Positions 7,730-16,901 of a DNA stretch of 62,422 nucleotides are shown here, piece by piece. The notes under the pieces were generated by a model. It was not told the DNA's origin. It did no database searches and was given only the letters and a program-made list of their open reading frames with translations. Every line of letters starts with the position of its first letter. The first letter of the stretch is position 1. The DNA comes from a virus (taxonomy: Duplodnaviria > Caudoviricetes). Location: positions 1 to 62,422 of IMG/VR virus record IMGVR_UViG_3300026167_000001. The stretch is one strand, 5' to 3'. A program made the position numbers and the translations under genes.

Positions 7730-7879
7730 AGATGCTTATATACTTTTCAATGTAAATGCGTCTGTAAGTCCCTCGTGTAAAGCACTTGTGCATGTACACA
7801 TTAAAGAGCAAACACAGACTATATTTTTACATAAAAGTTAACAAAATTTGTCAAAATTTTTAATAACTATTAAGCATCT
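7730..7879 (+). ncRNA. 150-nt rod-like RNA with large asymmetric bulge
   Basis: nested pairs agatgctta/taagcatct, actttt/aaaagt, atgtaaa/tttacat, gtctgt/acagac. Confidence 0.5.
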
Positions 7880-7971
7880 TAGGTCGTCAGGTTTTGTTTT
7901 CACAGTACTTCCTGATTACCGGTTAACAAAGACAAATTGAAAAAAAAGAACTGTCATTTATTTCTACGCTC

Positions 7972-8140
7972 GTCACGAGAGCTACTAAGACATTCGAAAG
8001 AGTGGAATCGTGATACCCTTAAATGTAATTAATAATACAATGAGGCAGTCAGAGGGTTGGTGCTTTTTATAAGCAGTTGTATTATAATATTACATTATCT
8101 AGTGAGTAATTATTGCATGTTGTATATGCGAAATTACTTA
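7972..8140 (+). ncRNA. run of hairpins including a GAAA tetraloop stem
   Basis: gtcacga/tcgtgat enclosing cattc-gaaa-gagtg; aatgtaat/attacatt plus ataatacaa/ttgtattat; tgagtaatt/aattactta. Confidence 0.4.
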
Positions 8141-8177
8141 TCAATTATTTTTCATTTCATTTTATCAAGTAAATTAC

Positions 8178-8274
8178 TAACAGTATTACACTGTAAATTA
8201 GTACATAATTGTAATGTCTGTCTGTGTACGACTACGAAGTAGCTACAATTATGGAGAAAAAAAAAGAACTGTTA
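8178..8274 (+). ncRNA. structured RNA with A9-gaactgt 3' flank
   Basis: taacagt/actgtta closure; 10-bp inner stem cataattgta/tacaattatg. Confidence 0.45.
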
Positions 8275-8321
8275 CTTAAAAAATGAGAACAGTATTAATT
8301 AAAAAAAGTTTAAGTATTAAT

Positions 8322-8441
8322 TACTGATTGGTACTACAATCAACTATGGACTATCTTCAAGTCAGACGTTTGTAGACATAAAGATATAATAGGCCATATT
8401 GATACATATGTAACATGCTATACATAATGTACCAATCAGTA
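8322..8441 (+). ncRNA. structured RNA closed by 13-bp stem
   Basis: tactgattggtac / gtaccaatcagta; inner atcaa/ttgat, tatgg/ccata, tatctt/aagata, tatgta/tacata. Confidence 0.5.
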
Positions 8442-8455
8442 TTTTAAATCAAGTC

Positions 8456-8788
8456 ATGATGAAATATAAAGTGAACAGCATTGTAATTAATAAATCGGGT
8501 ATAATCATAGATATAACCCAAAAAAGACTAATAGGTAAGAAATTTTGGATTTTTAATAAGTACAAAACCAAAAGATTTTTTGCTTTTCGAATGTTTAGAA
8601 ACATTTCGATAAACCCTAATATATCATATACAGATTGGTTAATGATAGATAAGAATTCTGCAAATAAGAATTCAAAAGTGATTAATCCAAAGTATGTGAT
8701 AAAAAACCCCAAACTAATAAAAGTATTAAATAAAGTTTTATTAAAAACCAAATCAATAAAAAAAGTATCATGGAAAAAGGATATATAA
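8456..8788 (+). CDS. basic hypothetical protein
   Basis: 110 aa, Lys-rich. Confidence 0.5.
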   Translation: MMKYKVNSIVINKSGIIIDITQKRLIGKKFWIFNKYKTKRFFAFRMFRNISINPNISYTDWLMIDKNSANKNSKVINPKYVIKNPKLIKVLNKVLLKTKSIKKVSWKKDI

Positions 8789-9168
8789 AACCAGCCAATT
8801 TAAGTATTGGACTAGGAAAAGTTTTTATAGTGGAAGAAGAATTAGTAGATGATAGAATTTCAAGTGAATTTATTCATCATTATGCAAAAGAACTTCCATT
8901 AGATAATGGAATCGTAAGAAATCCTAAAAATGGAAATTTTATTCTCAACCCTTCTGTAGAAAAAGAAGAGGAGGATAATAATTCTTATGAAATATCTTCG
9001 GATTTTACAGGATTATTTTTAGATGAAAGAGACTGTAAAATGACTGCTTCAGCTTTAAACGACAAAGAATATAAAAAAGCTGAAAAAATGTATGATGAAT
9101 TGCTTGCTAAAGCTGATACTTTACAAGATACCATCATGAAGTTTTATAAAGACCTTAAAAAAGTCTAA
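8770..9168 (+). CDS. hypothetical protein
   Basis: 132 aa, acidic. Confidence 0.65.
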   Translation: MEKGYIKPANLSIGLGKVFIVEEELVDDRISSEFIHHYAKELPLDNGIVRNPKNGNFILNPSVEKEEEDNNSYEISSDFTGLFLDERDCKMTASALNDKEYKKAEKMYDELLAKADTLQDTIMKFYKDLKKV

Positions 9169-9195
9169 GTATTAATTTTTAAATTAAGTAAGAAA

Positions 9196-9438
9196 ATGGA
9201 CAAAAAATCTGAACCTGCAAAATTTAAAGGAATTGTAGTTTCCTACCCGGAAAAAAATGCTGGTTTTGGCTTTATTAAGCCAACAGGAGAAAATAGAGAA
9301 ATGGAAGAAATCTTTTTTCATAAAACAGCATTAGAATCCGAAGACATTACCGAAGGATGTAATGTAGAATTTCAATTAGGAAGTCACCCAAAAAACAAAA
9401 AAGGTGTTGTGGCTTTACATGTAAAATTAATAGGATAA
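9196..9438 (+). CDS. cold-shock domain (OB-fold) nucleic-acid-binding protein
   Basis: RNP1 GFGFI and RNP2 IFFHKTAL motifs, 80 aa. Confidence 0.85.
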   Translation: MDKKSEPAKFKGIVVSYPEKNAGFGFIKPTGENREMEEIFFHKTALESEDITEGCNVEFQLGSHPKNKKGVVALHVKLIG

Positions 9439-9478
9439 TACTTAAGAATAGATATTAACCAATAAAAATAACATCGAA

Positions 9479-9913
9479 ATGGACGACAAAACCAAAACTA
9501 AAAAAAATTCTTCTAATAAAAATCTCACAGACATTACACCGCTTCCTTGGAATATGAATTCAAAAATAGAGAAAGAATTAAATACCGAAAAAGGTGCAAA
9601 AGACTTAATCTCTGTTGTAGAAGAAAAAGTAAAGGAAGAAGAGAAAATTAGAAGAATTCCTATTTTAAAAGATTTTTACGATAAGTATCGTAAAGCTTTA
9701 GATGCTAATGAAAGTATAAAACCAGATTTACATCCTGGATATACTGACAAACTTATAGCCAGAGATAACGGAGAATTAATCTATAGTAAAGAAATGGCAA
9801 ATAAGAAACGAAATGCCATATCTAAAATAAACAACATGGTAAATGCCTATAACTCTTGGATTAAAACAGGAGATTGGGAAAAATTCGAAATATTTTGTAA
9901 TTCTTTAAAATAA
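9479..9913 (+). CDS. hypothetical protein
   Basis: 144 aa; ttaaccaa leader. Confidence 0.65.
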   Translation: MDDKTKTKKNSSNKNLTDITPLPWNMNSKIEKELNTEKGAKDLISVVEEKVKEEEKIRRIPILKDFYDKYRKALDANESIKPDLHPGYTDKLIARDNGELIYSKEMANKKRNAISKINNMVNAYNSWIKTGDWEKFEIFCNSLK

Positions 9914-9914
9914 G

Positions 9915-10271
9915 ATGAAATCTCAAAATTTAATAAACGTCGACGTATCTCCAGAAGAATTAATTTCTTCTATAGCTATACAGACACATATAGAAACTGT
10001 ATTAAGATTTGATAGAAATATACATGCTAAATATCATGATAAATCTGGAGATACTATTGGATGTGGATGTATTTACTGTGTAACTTTGCATAGATATTCA
10101 AATATTAAAAAACTTATACATAGAGTCAAAAATAGAATATTGGATGATAATTATATTTATCCAAAAAAAGAACTTGAAGACCTAGATAAGAATTATTTGA
10201 AAACTTTGAAAAACATATGTAAAAAAGTGAAAGCAGAGAAAGATAATTTAAAAAAACAATTAAATTTATAA
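9915..10271 (+). CDS. hypothetical protein, possible Zn site
   Basis: 118 aa; HH..CGCIYC-like cluster. Confidence 0.6.
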   Translation: MKSQNLINVDVSPEELISSIAIQTHIETVLRFDRNIHAKYHDKSGDTIGCGCIYCVTLHRYSNIKKLIHRVKNRILDDNYIYPKKELEDLDKNYLKTLKNICKKVKAEKDNLKKQLNL

Positions 10272-10450
10272 TGTCAAAACCAATAACTTTGGGTTTAAAA
10301 ACCTTTGATTTTTCACCTAAATTAGAATTTGGAGTACTAGAATATTCAACAAATTTTAATAGAATGGAAAAATCATTTGAAGCTAGAAAAACCAGAAAAA
10401 TAAGAGCTTTAAATAAAAAAGGTATTTATATAGACCCTGAATTAATTTAA
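10271..10450 (+). CDS. small hypothetical protein (59 aa, below ORF-track cutoff)
   Basis: MSKPITLGLK...IDPELI*, TAATG-coupled to the upstream stop. Confidence 0.55.
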   Translation: MSKPITLGLKTFDFSPKLEFGVLEYSTNFNRMEKSFEARKTRKIRALNKKGIYIDPELI

Positions 10451-10468
10451 CCAAAAACTATTATTGTC

Positions 10469-10876
10469 ATGAAATTAAAAATATTATTAGTAGTACTAAT
10501 ACTACTTTTTAGCACAAAATCTTATGCAGATTATGGTGCTTTAGAAAAAGATGACAATATAGAATTTGTAATTACTAAAACAAATGATTTAACTGCAGAT
10601 ATAGAGTATATTTATACTGATGTAGTTACTAATTATTTAGAAAAACCAAATTCTATAATGTCATATGTATTAAATAAAACCAATTATTTTTACAATAATC
10701 TATTAAGTAAGTTTATTATATTTAATACTAAAAAAGAAATAGTTGTATTTAATAGAAAGAATAAATACATAATTTTAAATAAAATATTAAATATTAGTGA
10801 AAATAGTAAAACAATTTATAATTATTTAATAAAGGAAATATTTGTAATAAATGTCTATGGCGGTAGATCGCCTTGA
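10469..10876 (+). CDS. secreted hypothetical protein
   Basis: signal peptide MKLKILLVVLILLFSTKSYA. Confidence 0.55.
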   Translation: MKLKILLVVLILLFSTKSYADYGALEKDDNIEFVITKTNDLTADIEYIYTDVVTNYLEKPNSIMSYVLNKTNYFYNNLLSKFIIFNTKKEIVVFNRKNKYIILNKILNISENSKTIYNYLIKEIFVINVYGGRSP

Positions 10877-10936
10877 CAATTTAAAATAAATTCCTCATCT
10901 GTAATATTATAAAATTTTTAACAAAACTATTTTAAA

Positions 10937-11452
10937 ATGAAACCAATACAACTTACTAAAGAAGCCATAAAGAAACTTTATTTCATTTTAAATACGTTGT
11001 TTCCAGAGTTTCAATCAATTGAAATATTTGACAAAGATTTACCACATGTACTTTTCAGTACAGTTCCAAAAAATAATTTATTAAGAATATTTGCATCTAA
11101 GTATGTAATTCAAAAATTACCTATTGCTGAATTATTTTTAAAAGAAATTCCAAAACGATTTTCAATTTATCAATTTAGGAATGATTCAATGATGCCAGTA
11201 TACTTTATTACAAGTTCTATACTAATTGCTGATAATCCACAACATTTAATAAATTATTTTTATGACAAATTGAAGGATATGCCTCCAGCTGGGGAACAAA
11301 AGTATTCAAATTTGATAAAGAAACTAAATAATTTGGAAACAACTATGAATGAAGAAAATTATAATCCTATCAAAGGGTTATTAAAATCACTTAGCCCTGA
11401 TGTAATAGGATCTTCAAAAATGTTTAAAGCATTTATAATTCATGAAGATTAA
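10937..11452 (+). CDS. hypothetical protein
   Basis: 171 aa ORF. Confidence 0.65.
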   Translation: MKPIQLTKEAIKKLYFILNTLFPEFQSIEIFDKDLPHVLFSTVPKNNLLRIFASKYVIQKLPIAELFLKEIPKRFSIYQFRNDSMMPVYFITSSILIADNPQHLINYFYDKLKDMPPAGEQKYSNLIKKLNNLETTMNEENYNPIKGLLKSLSPDVIGSSKMFKAFIIHED

Positions 11453-11462
11453 AAACTTATTA

Positions 11463-11563
11463 TGATACTATATATTAAAAGGGCCCAAAATAATATATAG
11501 TATTAACTCTCTTATTTCAGTTACCTGCACGCGGTAGAGAGTGCAAAGTACCAAAAACTGAAA
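11463..11563 (+). promoter_or_regulatory. long hairpin with GGGCCC loop, followed by a small pseudoknot
   Basis: tgatactatatatta/taatatatagtatta; tttcagtt/aactgaaa enclosing tgcac/gtgca with loop ggta pairing downstream tacc. Confidence 0.4.
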
Positions 11564-11636
11564 CTATTTATTGAAAGTAACGTAAAAGTTAATCTCTAAT
11601 AAATCAAAATATTATAGAAATAATGCACATAGCAAT

Positions 11637-12353
11637 GTGTTAGTATTAACTAAAATTAAAGTTATGAAACATGTTTTAATGGGTATTACACTAATGTTAT
11701 TATTAATTACTAATCAAGTAGTAGCTCCGGCTACTAGTAATAATTTGATTAGCGCTGAAGAAAAGTATGAGAATTTCTCAGTATTTAAAAATAAAAAAGA
11801 AATTCTTAAAGAAGTAGCTTTTATAAGCAATAATAATTTTAAACTGATTTCTAAATTAGATAGTAGTTTTATATTAAATGACTATGAAACTCAGCAAGCA
11901 TTAGTGGAACTATCTAATAAACTAAATGTTAGGCCAGCTTGGTTTTTAGCAACATTTTATCATGAAAGTAGAATAAGTACAACAGCTAAAAATCCTTATA
12001 CAAATGCAACTGGTTTAATACAATTTATGCCTAAAACAGCTGAATACTTAGGAACTACTACTACTCAGTTAAGTAAAATGAGTTTTATTGAACAATTCTA
12101 TTATATAGAAAAGTATATTTCATATTATAAAAATATATCTTCCTATGAAGACTTATATTTAGCTGTATTTTTTCCAATTGCTTTAAATAAATCAGATTAC
12201 TATATTATAGGTAAAAGTCCACCTAATAATAAATCTTATAAAAATATGAATTTTAGAGAAAAAACATATGTTTTAAATAAAGCAATGGATGTTAATAAGG
12301 ATGGTTTAATAACCGTAAAAGATTTTAAAAAATACGCAACAAATTTTGCTTAA
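11637..12353 (+). CDS. lytic transglycosylase (SLT-like) with N-terminal signal/anchor; true start probably MKHVLMG
   Basis: catalytic ES motif (HESRI), ATGLIQFMPKTA, C-terminal DVNKDGLIT. Confidence 0.85.
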   Translation: MLVLTKIKVMKHVLMGITLMLLLITNQVVAPATSNNLISAEEKYENFSVFKNKKEILKEVAFISNNNFKLISKLDSSFILNDYETQQALVELSNKLNVRPAWFLATFYHESRISTTAKNPYTNATGLIQFMPKTAEYLGTTTTQLSKMSFIEQFYYIEKYISYYKNISSYEDLYLAVFFPIALNKSDYYIIGKSPPNNKSYKNMNFREKTYVLNKAMDVNKDGLITVKDFKKYATNFA

Positions 12354-12357
12354 AAAT

Positions 12358-12383
12358 AAGGGCTACTCAAAGTAGCCCTTTTT
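12358..12383 (+). terminator. intrinsic terminator
   Basis: aagggctact / agtagccctt followed by T-run. Confidence 0.8.
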
Positions 12384-12404
12384 ACTCAACTTAAATAAAA
12401 AAAT

Positions 12405-12851
12405 ATGAAATTATCAGAAGCTTTGAAAATCAAGAAAGATATAGTAGAAACTCTTAAAGCAACCCAACGAACAATTATAAAATTAAGCTTTAGTAAAACT
12501 ACTAAAAACTCATTAGATATAAACACTTTAATAGAAAAACAAAGTGAGCTAAGAGAAATATTAGTTTCTTTAAAATTATCTATAAGAGAAGCAAACTCAG
12601 AAATTACAGAGTATATTTTTAAATTATCTGAATTGAAAGAAGAAAAAAAATGCTATGAAAAGATATTAGATGGTATGAATAATTCTAATGTTGATACTCC
12701 ATTTACGAAGGTAGAAATTACTGATAAAATAAAGAATATATCAGAAGAAATAGAAAAAATAAATGGTTATTTAAAAGAATTTAATGATTCTACAGAAATA
12801 GATATTGATTTATCAAAATATTTAGGAACTAAAATTACAAAAAAATCATAA
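12405..12851 (+). CDS. coiled-coil protein resembling the DIP1984-like family
   Basis: MKLSEALKIK start, heptad pattern, C-terminal N..TEI; family call from recall only. Confidence 0.55.
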   Translation: MKLSEALKIKKDIVETLKATQRTIIKLSFSKTTKNSLDINTLIEKQSELREILVSLKLSIREANSEITEYIFKLSELKEEKKCYEKILDGMNNSNVDTPFTKVEITDKIKNISEEIEKINGYLKEFNDSTEIDIDLSKYLGTKITKKS

Positions 12852-12852
12852 T

Positions 12853-14010
12853 ATGAGCTTAGAAAAAAATATCGCATTTCCAAATATTATAGTATATATT
12901 ACAGAAAATTATCCTACAGAAAAAGATGCTATAATTCAAACAAAATATTTAAAAAAATTAAATAACAGTACAGAAGAAATTCCTATTAGAATTGATTTAC
13001 TATCTAATAGACTATTAGAAGAATTTAAAGCTGATAACAATATCTTAGATATTAAGAAAGTATCATATAATGAAGTTTCTATAGGTAATAGGTATTTTGT
13101 ATATTTAAAAAAAGTAATTGAAAATAGCAAAGATAAAGAATTAATTAAAAATTATATAAATTCTAGAGCTATATTAAACAAATTAAAAGAAGTTAAATTA
13201 GATTATAAAGAAAATAATTCTAAAAGAGAAGCTCGTGGTATAGCTATAAATATTTCAGAAGTCGATGAGATATTGGATATAGAACGTAAAAAAGATTATA
13301 CATCTGAAATTATTAAAAATAATTCTAATTTAGATACAATATTTGATAGTTTATTTGATATTTCAAAAAATTATAATAATATGATTGCCGGAGTAAACAA
13401 TTCAATAAATAATTGGTCAAAATATTGTGCTATTATTTCAACCTCAGTTTCTTATTTTAAAGAAGATACTAACAATTTAATACAAGTTTTAAATAAAAAG
13501 GTAGTCAATAGTGTATTAAGTGCTTTATATAATATTAGTAATTTAGAAAGCGTTTTAAAAAAATTGAATTTAAAAATACCGGATAATGTAAATAAAAAAG
13601 AAATATTAGATAATTTTACTAATTATTTTACTCTAGATGGATTAGAATCTAAAGTAGAAGATCTTAACTTTAATAATTTTCTATATTTAGTACTCGATAT
13701 ATTAGAAAAAACTCTAATTGATGAAAGCAATATTAAATATATAAACGCTTCTAATAAAACAAAATCTGATTTAAATATAAAAAATTTTGATGCAGTTATA
13801 GACACACAAAAATATACTGATGATATTGAAATTAAATATAGTAAAAATAAAAAATCTTTTTATAAAAGCACTGATTATTTTACTGTATTTTTAATATTAG
13901 ATACTATTTCAAAAGTAATTAGCAAAAATGAGGAGCAAAATAAACAGTTTTTAAAAACTTTAAATAAAACAGACTTTACAGAAGAATTATTATTTTTATT
14001 TGAACAATAA
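12853..14010 (+). CDS. hypothetical Asn/Lys-rich protein
   Basis: 385 aa ORF. Confidence 0.6.
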   Translation: MSLEKNIAFPNIIVYITENYPTEKDAIIQTKYLKKLNNSTEEIPIRIDLLSNRLLEEFKADNNILDIKKVSYNEVSIGNRYFVYLKKVIENSKDKELIKNYINSRAILNKLKEVKLDYKENNSKREARGIAINISEVDEILDIERKKDYTSEIIKNNSNLDTIFDSLFDISKNYNNMIAGVNNSINNWSKYCAIISTSVSYFKEDTNNLIQVLNKKVVNSVLSALYNISNLESVLKKLNLKIPDNVNKKEILDNFTNYFTLDGLESKVEDLNFNNFLYLVLDILEKTLIDESNIKYINASNKTKSDLNIKNFDAVIDTQKYTDDIEIKYSKNKKSFYKSTDYFTVFLILDTISKVISKNEEQNKQFLKTLNKTDFTEELLFLFEQ

Positions 14011-14256
14011 ATGATAATGAAAGTAGTTATAAATAATACAAAGTACGAATGCACTTATAATAAACCAACTTATATATTAGAGTTGAAAAATAATTCAAAA
14101 CTACTTTCAGAAAATAAAAAATATAAATTCAAAATATTAAAAACTTGGTGTGAATTTATTAATAACAAGAAAAAAACTAAAGCATTAATAATAATAAAAA
14201 CAACTGATAAATTTTTACTAAGTGAGATTAAAAAAAGATATATAAGTACACCTTAA
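14011..14256 (+). CDS. hypothetical protein
   Basis: 81 aa, directly follows upstream stop. Confidence 0.5.
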   Translation: MIMKVVINNTKYECTYNKPTYILELKNNSKLLSENKKYKFKILKTWCEFINNKKKTKALIIIKTTDKFLLSEIKKRYISTP

Positions 14257-14267
14257 AACACCTTAAC

Positions 14268-14582
14268 ATGATTATTATTTTAAAAGAACAAAAAAAACGT
14301 AAAAAACGAGTGGCCGTATCTGGGCGACCGAAGGTAGAAAAAAAAGTTAGTTATAAATGTCCTTATGTGGATATTTGTGAGCATGCAGAAAAAGAAACAT
14401 GCTATTCGGTAAAAGATCGCAATTTAAAAACTGAAGTATGTTTTAGAGAACGTAAAAAAGTAAGCCCTGTTAATTTAGATACGGGACGTTCTATTAAATT
14501 AGGAACATTCGAAGAAGAAACAGATAATGCTGTAGAAAAATTGATGAATTCTGGAAATATCCAAATCTTCAAGCTTTATTAA
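14268..14582 (+). CDS. Cys-containing basic hypothetical protein
   Basis: 104 aa; four Cys (CPYVDIC...C...C). Confidence 0.6.
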   Translation: MIIILKEQKKRKKRVAVSGRPKVEKKVSYKCPYVDICEHAEKETCYSVKDRNLKTEVCFRERKKVSPVNLDTGRSIKLGTFEEETDNAVEKLMNSGNIQIFKLY

Positions 14583-14591
14583 AAAAATTAA

Positions 14592-14625
14592 TAAGCATGG
14601 AGATTAAAATATATTTCCATGCTTA
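14592..14625 (+). terminator. stem-loop upstream of polA
   Basis: taagcatggaga / tttccatgctta. Confidence 0.45.
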
Positions 14626-14638
14626 ATTACTATTTATT

Positions 14639-16534
14639 ATGATAAAGTTTATTAGTAATCAAAATGTTATTAATACACCATTCACTATAAGCACTATTTC
14701 AGAATTATTAGATTATTTTGAAAATAAAGAATTAATATCTTTAGATAGTGAAACAGAAGGATATGACCCACATACTTGTAATATCATATCTTTACAATTA
14801 GGTGATCCTAATGTACAATTTGTAATAGATTACACAACTTTATCAGAAAATGAAATACAAAAAATAAAATCTCTATTAGAGTCTGGCAAGACTATAATAA
14901 TGCATAATGCTCAATTTGATTTACGTTTTTTATTAAAACAAAATATTGACGTAAAAAATATATATGATACATTTCTAGCAGAATTAGTGCTATATACTGG
15001 ATATGATTATTCAGATTCCTCTAGTAAATATTATATCGGTACTTCTTTATATAACGTTGTAAAACGATATTGTGAAAAAGAACTTGATAAAAGTATTAGA
15101 GGTAAAATACATTATCTAAGACTTAATGAATCTGTAATTAAATATGCAGCCGAAGATGTAAAATATTTAGAAGAAGTAAGAGCTAAACAATTAAAATTAA
15201 TAAAAGAAAAAAACTTAGAAAATACTTTAGAATTAGAAAATCAAGTAGTTAGAGTATTTGCTAAAATGTCTTTTGACGGAATAAAATTAGATACTAACAA
15301 ATGGGAATCAGTTTATAAAATTACTGAAACTAATGTTAAAAATCTAACTAAAGAATTGGATAATATAGTATTATCTGAACCAAAGTTGAAAAAATTTATA
15401 CCAGAAGGATTTCAACAAAATTTATTTGGATTTGAAGAAAGAAAATTAAATATTAATTGGAAATCACCTATTCAAAAGTTGGAAATATTAAATGAATTAG
15501 GTATAAATATAGATAGTGTAGGAACTCCAATATTATCTAGATTAGTAAATAAGCATACAATAATACCCAAATTATTGGAATACTCTAAACAAGTAAAATT
15601 AGCAGATGCTTTTGGAAAAAAGTTTTTAGATTTTGTTAATAATAGAACAAAAAGATTACACATATCAGTTTGGCAAATATTATCAACTGGCAGAATATCT
15701 GTCAGTAATCCTAATTTAAATCAAATACCACGTAAAGGAAATTTAGGACCGGTAATTAGATCTGCTTTTGTAGCATCCGATGGCTATAAGATAATAGGTG
15801 GAGATTACTCAAGTTTTGAATTAGCAATAATTGCTGAATTTAGTAAAGATCCTATATGGGTAAATACTCTATTAAAAGACAAAAATTTACATTCTGAATT
15901 ATGTGCTAATACATTTAATATACCTATAAAAGATATAAATAATCCATTTCCTTACAATAAAGAAATAACTTATAGGGATGTTCAAAAAACTATAGATTTT
16001 GGATTAGCATACGGCATGTCTGAATTTAAATTATCTAATACTATACAAGTTAGTGTCAATAAGGCCAAAGAAATTATAAATAGTTTCTTTAATATGGTAC
16101 CACATGTTAAGAAATTTTTAACTATGCTTGGAAATTTTGGTAAAAACAATGGATACACAAGGACAGCTAAGCCTTTTAAAAGAATAAGGCACTTTCCAGA
16201 ATGGGAAGAACTAAAAAGAAATCCTAATCATCCAGATACTTTCAAAATTTTAGGAGAAATTGAAAGAAAATCTAAGAATACACCAATTCAAGGTACTAAT
16301 GCGGATATTATAAAATTGGCATTAATTAATACTCAAAAAGAAATTGATAAAAATAATTGGCCTGTAAGGATATTATTATCGATTTACGATGAAATACAAA
16401 CTGAATGTAGGGAAGACAAAGCAGAAGAATGGAAAAATAAATTACAGGAAATTATGATAAGTACTGCTAAGACAGTACTAAAAACTGTACCCGTTAAAGC
16501 AGACTGTGATATTTCTGATTATTGGAAAAAATAA
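14639..16534 (+). CDS. polA: DNA polymerase family A with 3'-5' exonuclease
   Basis: Exo I DSET, Exo II HNAQFD, Exo III YAAED; TGR..PNL; motif A DYSSFE, motif B R...KTIDFGLAYG, motif C IYDE. Confidence 0.95.
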   Translation: MIKFISNQNVINTPFTISTISELLDYFENKELISLDSETEGYDPHTCNIISLQLGDPNVQFVIDYTTLSENEIQKIKSLLESGKTIIMHNAQFDLRFLLKQNIDVKNIYDTFLAELVLYTGYDYSDSSSKYYIGTSLYNVVKRYCEKELDKSIRGKIHYLRLNESVIKYAAEDVKYLEEVRAKQLKLIKEKNLENTLELENQVVRVFAKMSFDGIKLDTNKWESVYKITETNVKNLTKELDNIVLSEPKLKKFIPEGFQQNLFGFEERKLNINWKSPIQKLEILNELGINIDSVGTPILSRLVNKHTIIPKLLEYSKQVKLADAFGKKFLDFVNNRTKRLHISVWQILSTGRISVSNPNLNQIPRKGNLGPVIRSAFVASDGYKIIGGDYSSFELAIIAEFSKDPIWVNTLLKDKNLHSELCANTFNIPIKDINNPFPYNKEITYRDVQKTIDFGLAYGMSEFKLSNTIQVSVNKAKEIINSFFNMVPHVKKFLTMLGNFGKNNGYTRTAKPFKRIRHFPEWEELKRNPNHPDTFKILGEIERKSKNTPIQGTNADIIKLALINTQKEIDKNNWPVRILLSIYDEIQTECREDKAEEWKNKLQEIMISTAKTVLKTVPVKADCDISDYWKK

Positions 16535-16556
16535 TTTAACTTAAAACTAACAAACC

Positions 16557-16892
16557 ATGGAAGACTTTTTTAAAACATTAGAAAAACAATTAGAGTTAAA
16601 TTTATTAGCTGACGTATTAAAAGATAATATTGACTTAAGTAATACAAAAAAAGTATTAAATTGGTTAAAATTATGTTCTAATATTGCAAGTATGCCTAAT
16701 TTAAAATTAATAGATTTAGAAAACTCTAGAAAACAATTTAATAAACGAATAAAAAATTCAGTATATTGGATAAGAGTATTTGAAGATGGCGAAGATGTAA
16801 AAGATCTAATAACTGAACGTAAAAAAAGAAATCCTGAATTTGCATATTTAGGATCTCTAATTAAATTAGAACACGAATTTAAAACAAAATAA
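16557..16892 (+). CDS. hypothetical protein
   Basis: 111 aa ORF. Confidence 0.6.
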   Translation: MEDFFKTLEKQLELNLLADVLKDNIDLSNTKKVLNWLKLCSNIASMPNLKLIDLENSRKQFNKRIKNSVYWIRVFEDGEDVKDLITERKKRNPEFAYLGSLIKLEHEFKTK

Positions 16893-16901
16893 AATTAATT
16901 T

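Noticed and set aside
7972-8014. Hammerhead ribozyme
   Set aside because: Has a stem-II-like hairpin followed by GAA, but lacks CUGANGA, stem I and the NUH site
8057-8242. 61-aa ORF in the ORF track
   Set aside because: TTG start, no typical leader, odd composition, and it runs across several RNA stems
7530-8455. CRISPR array or regular repeat array
   Set aside because: No direct repeats with regular spacing; the structure comes from inverted repeats
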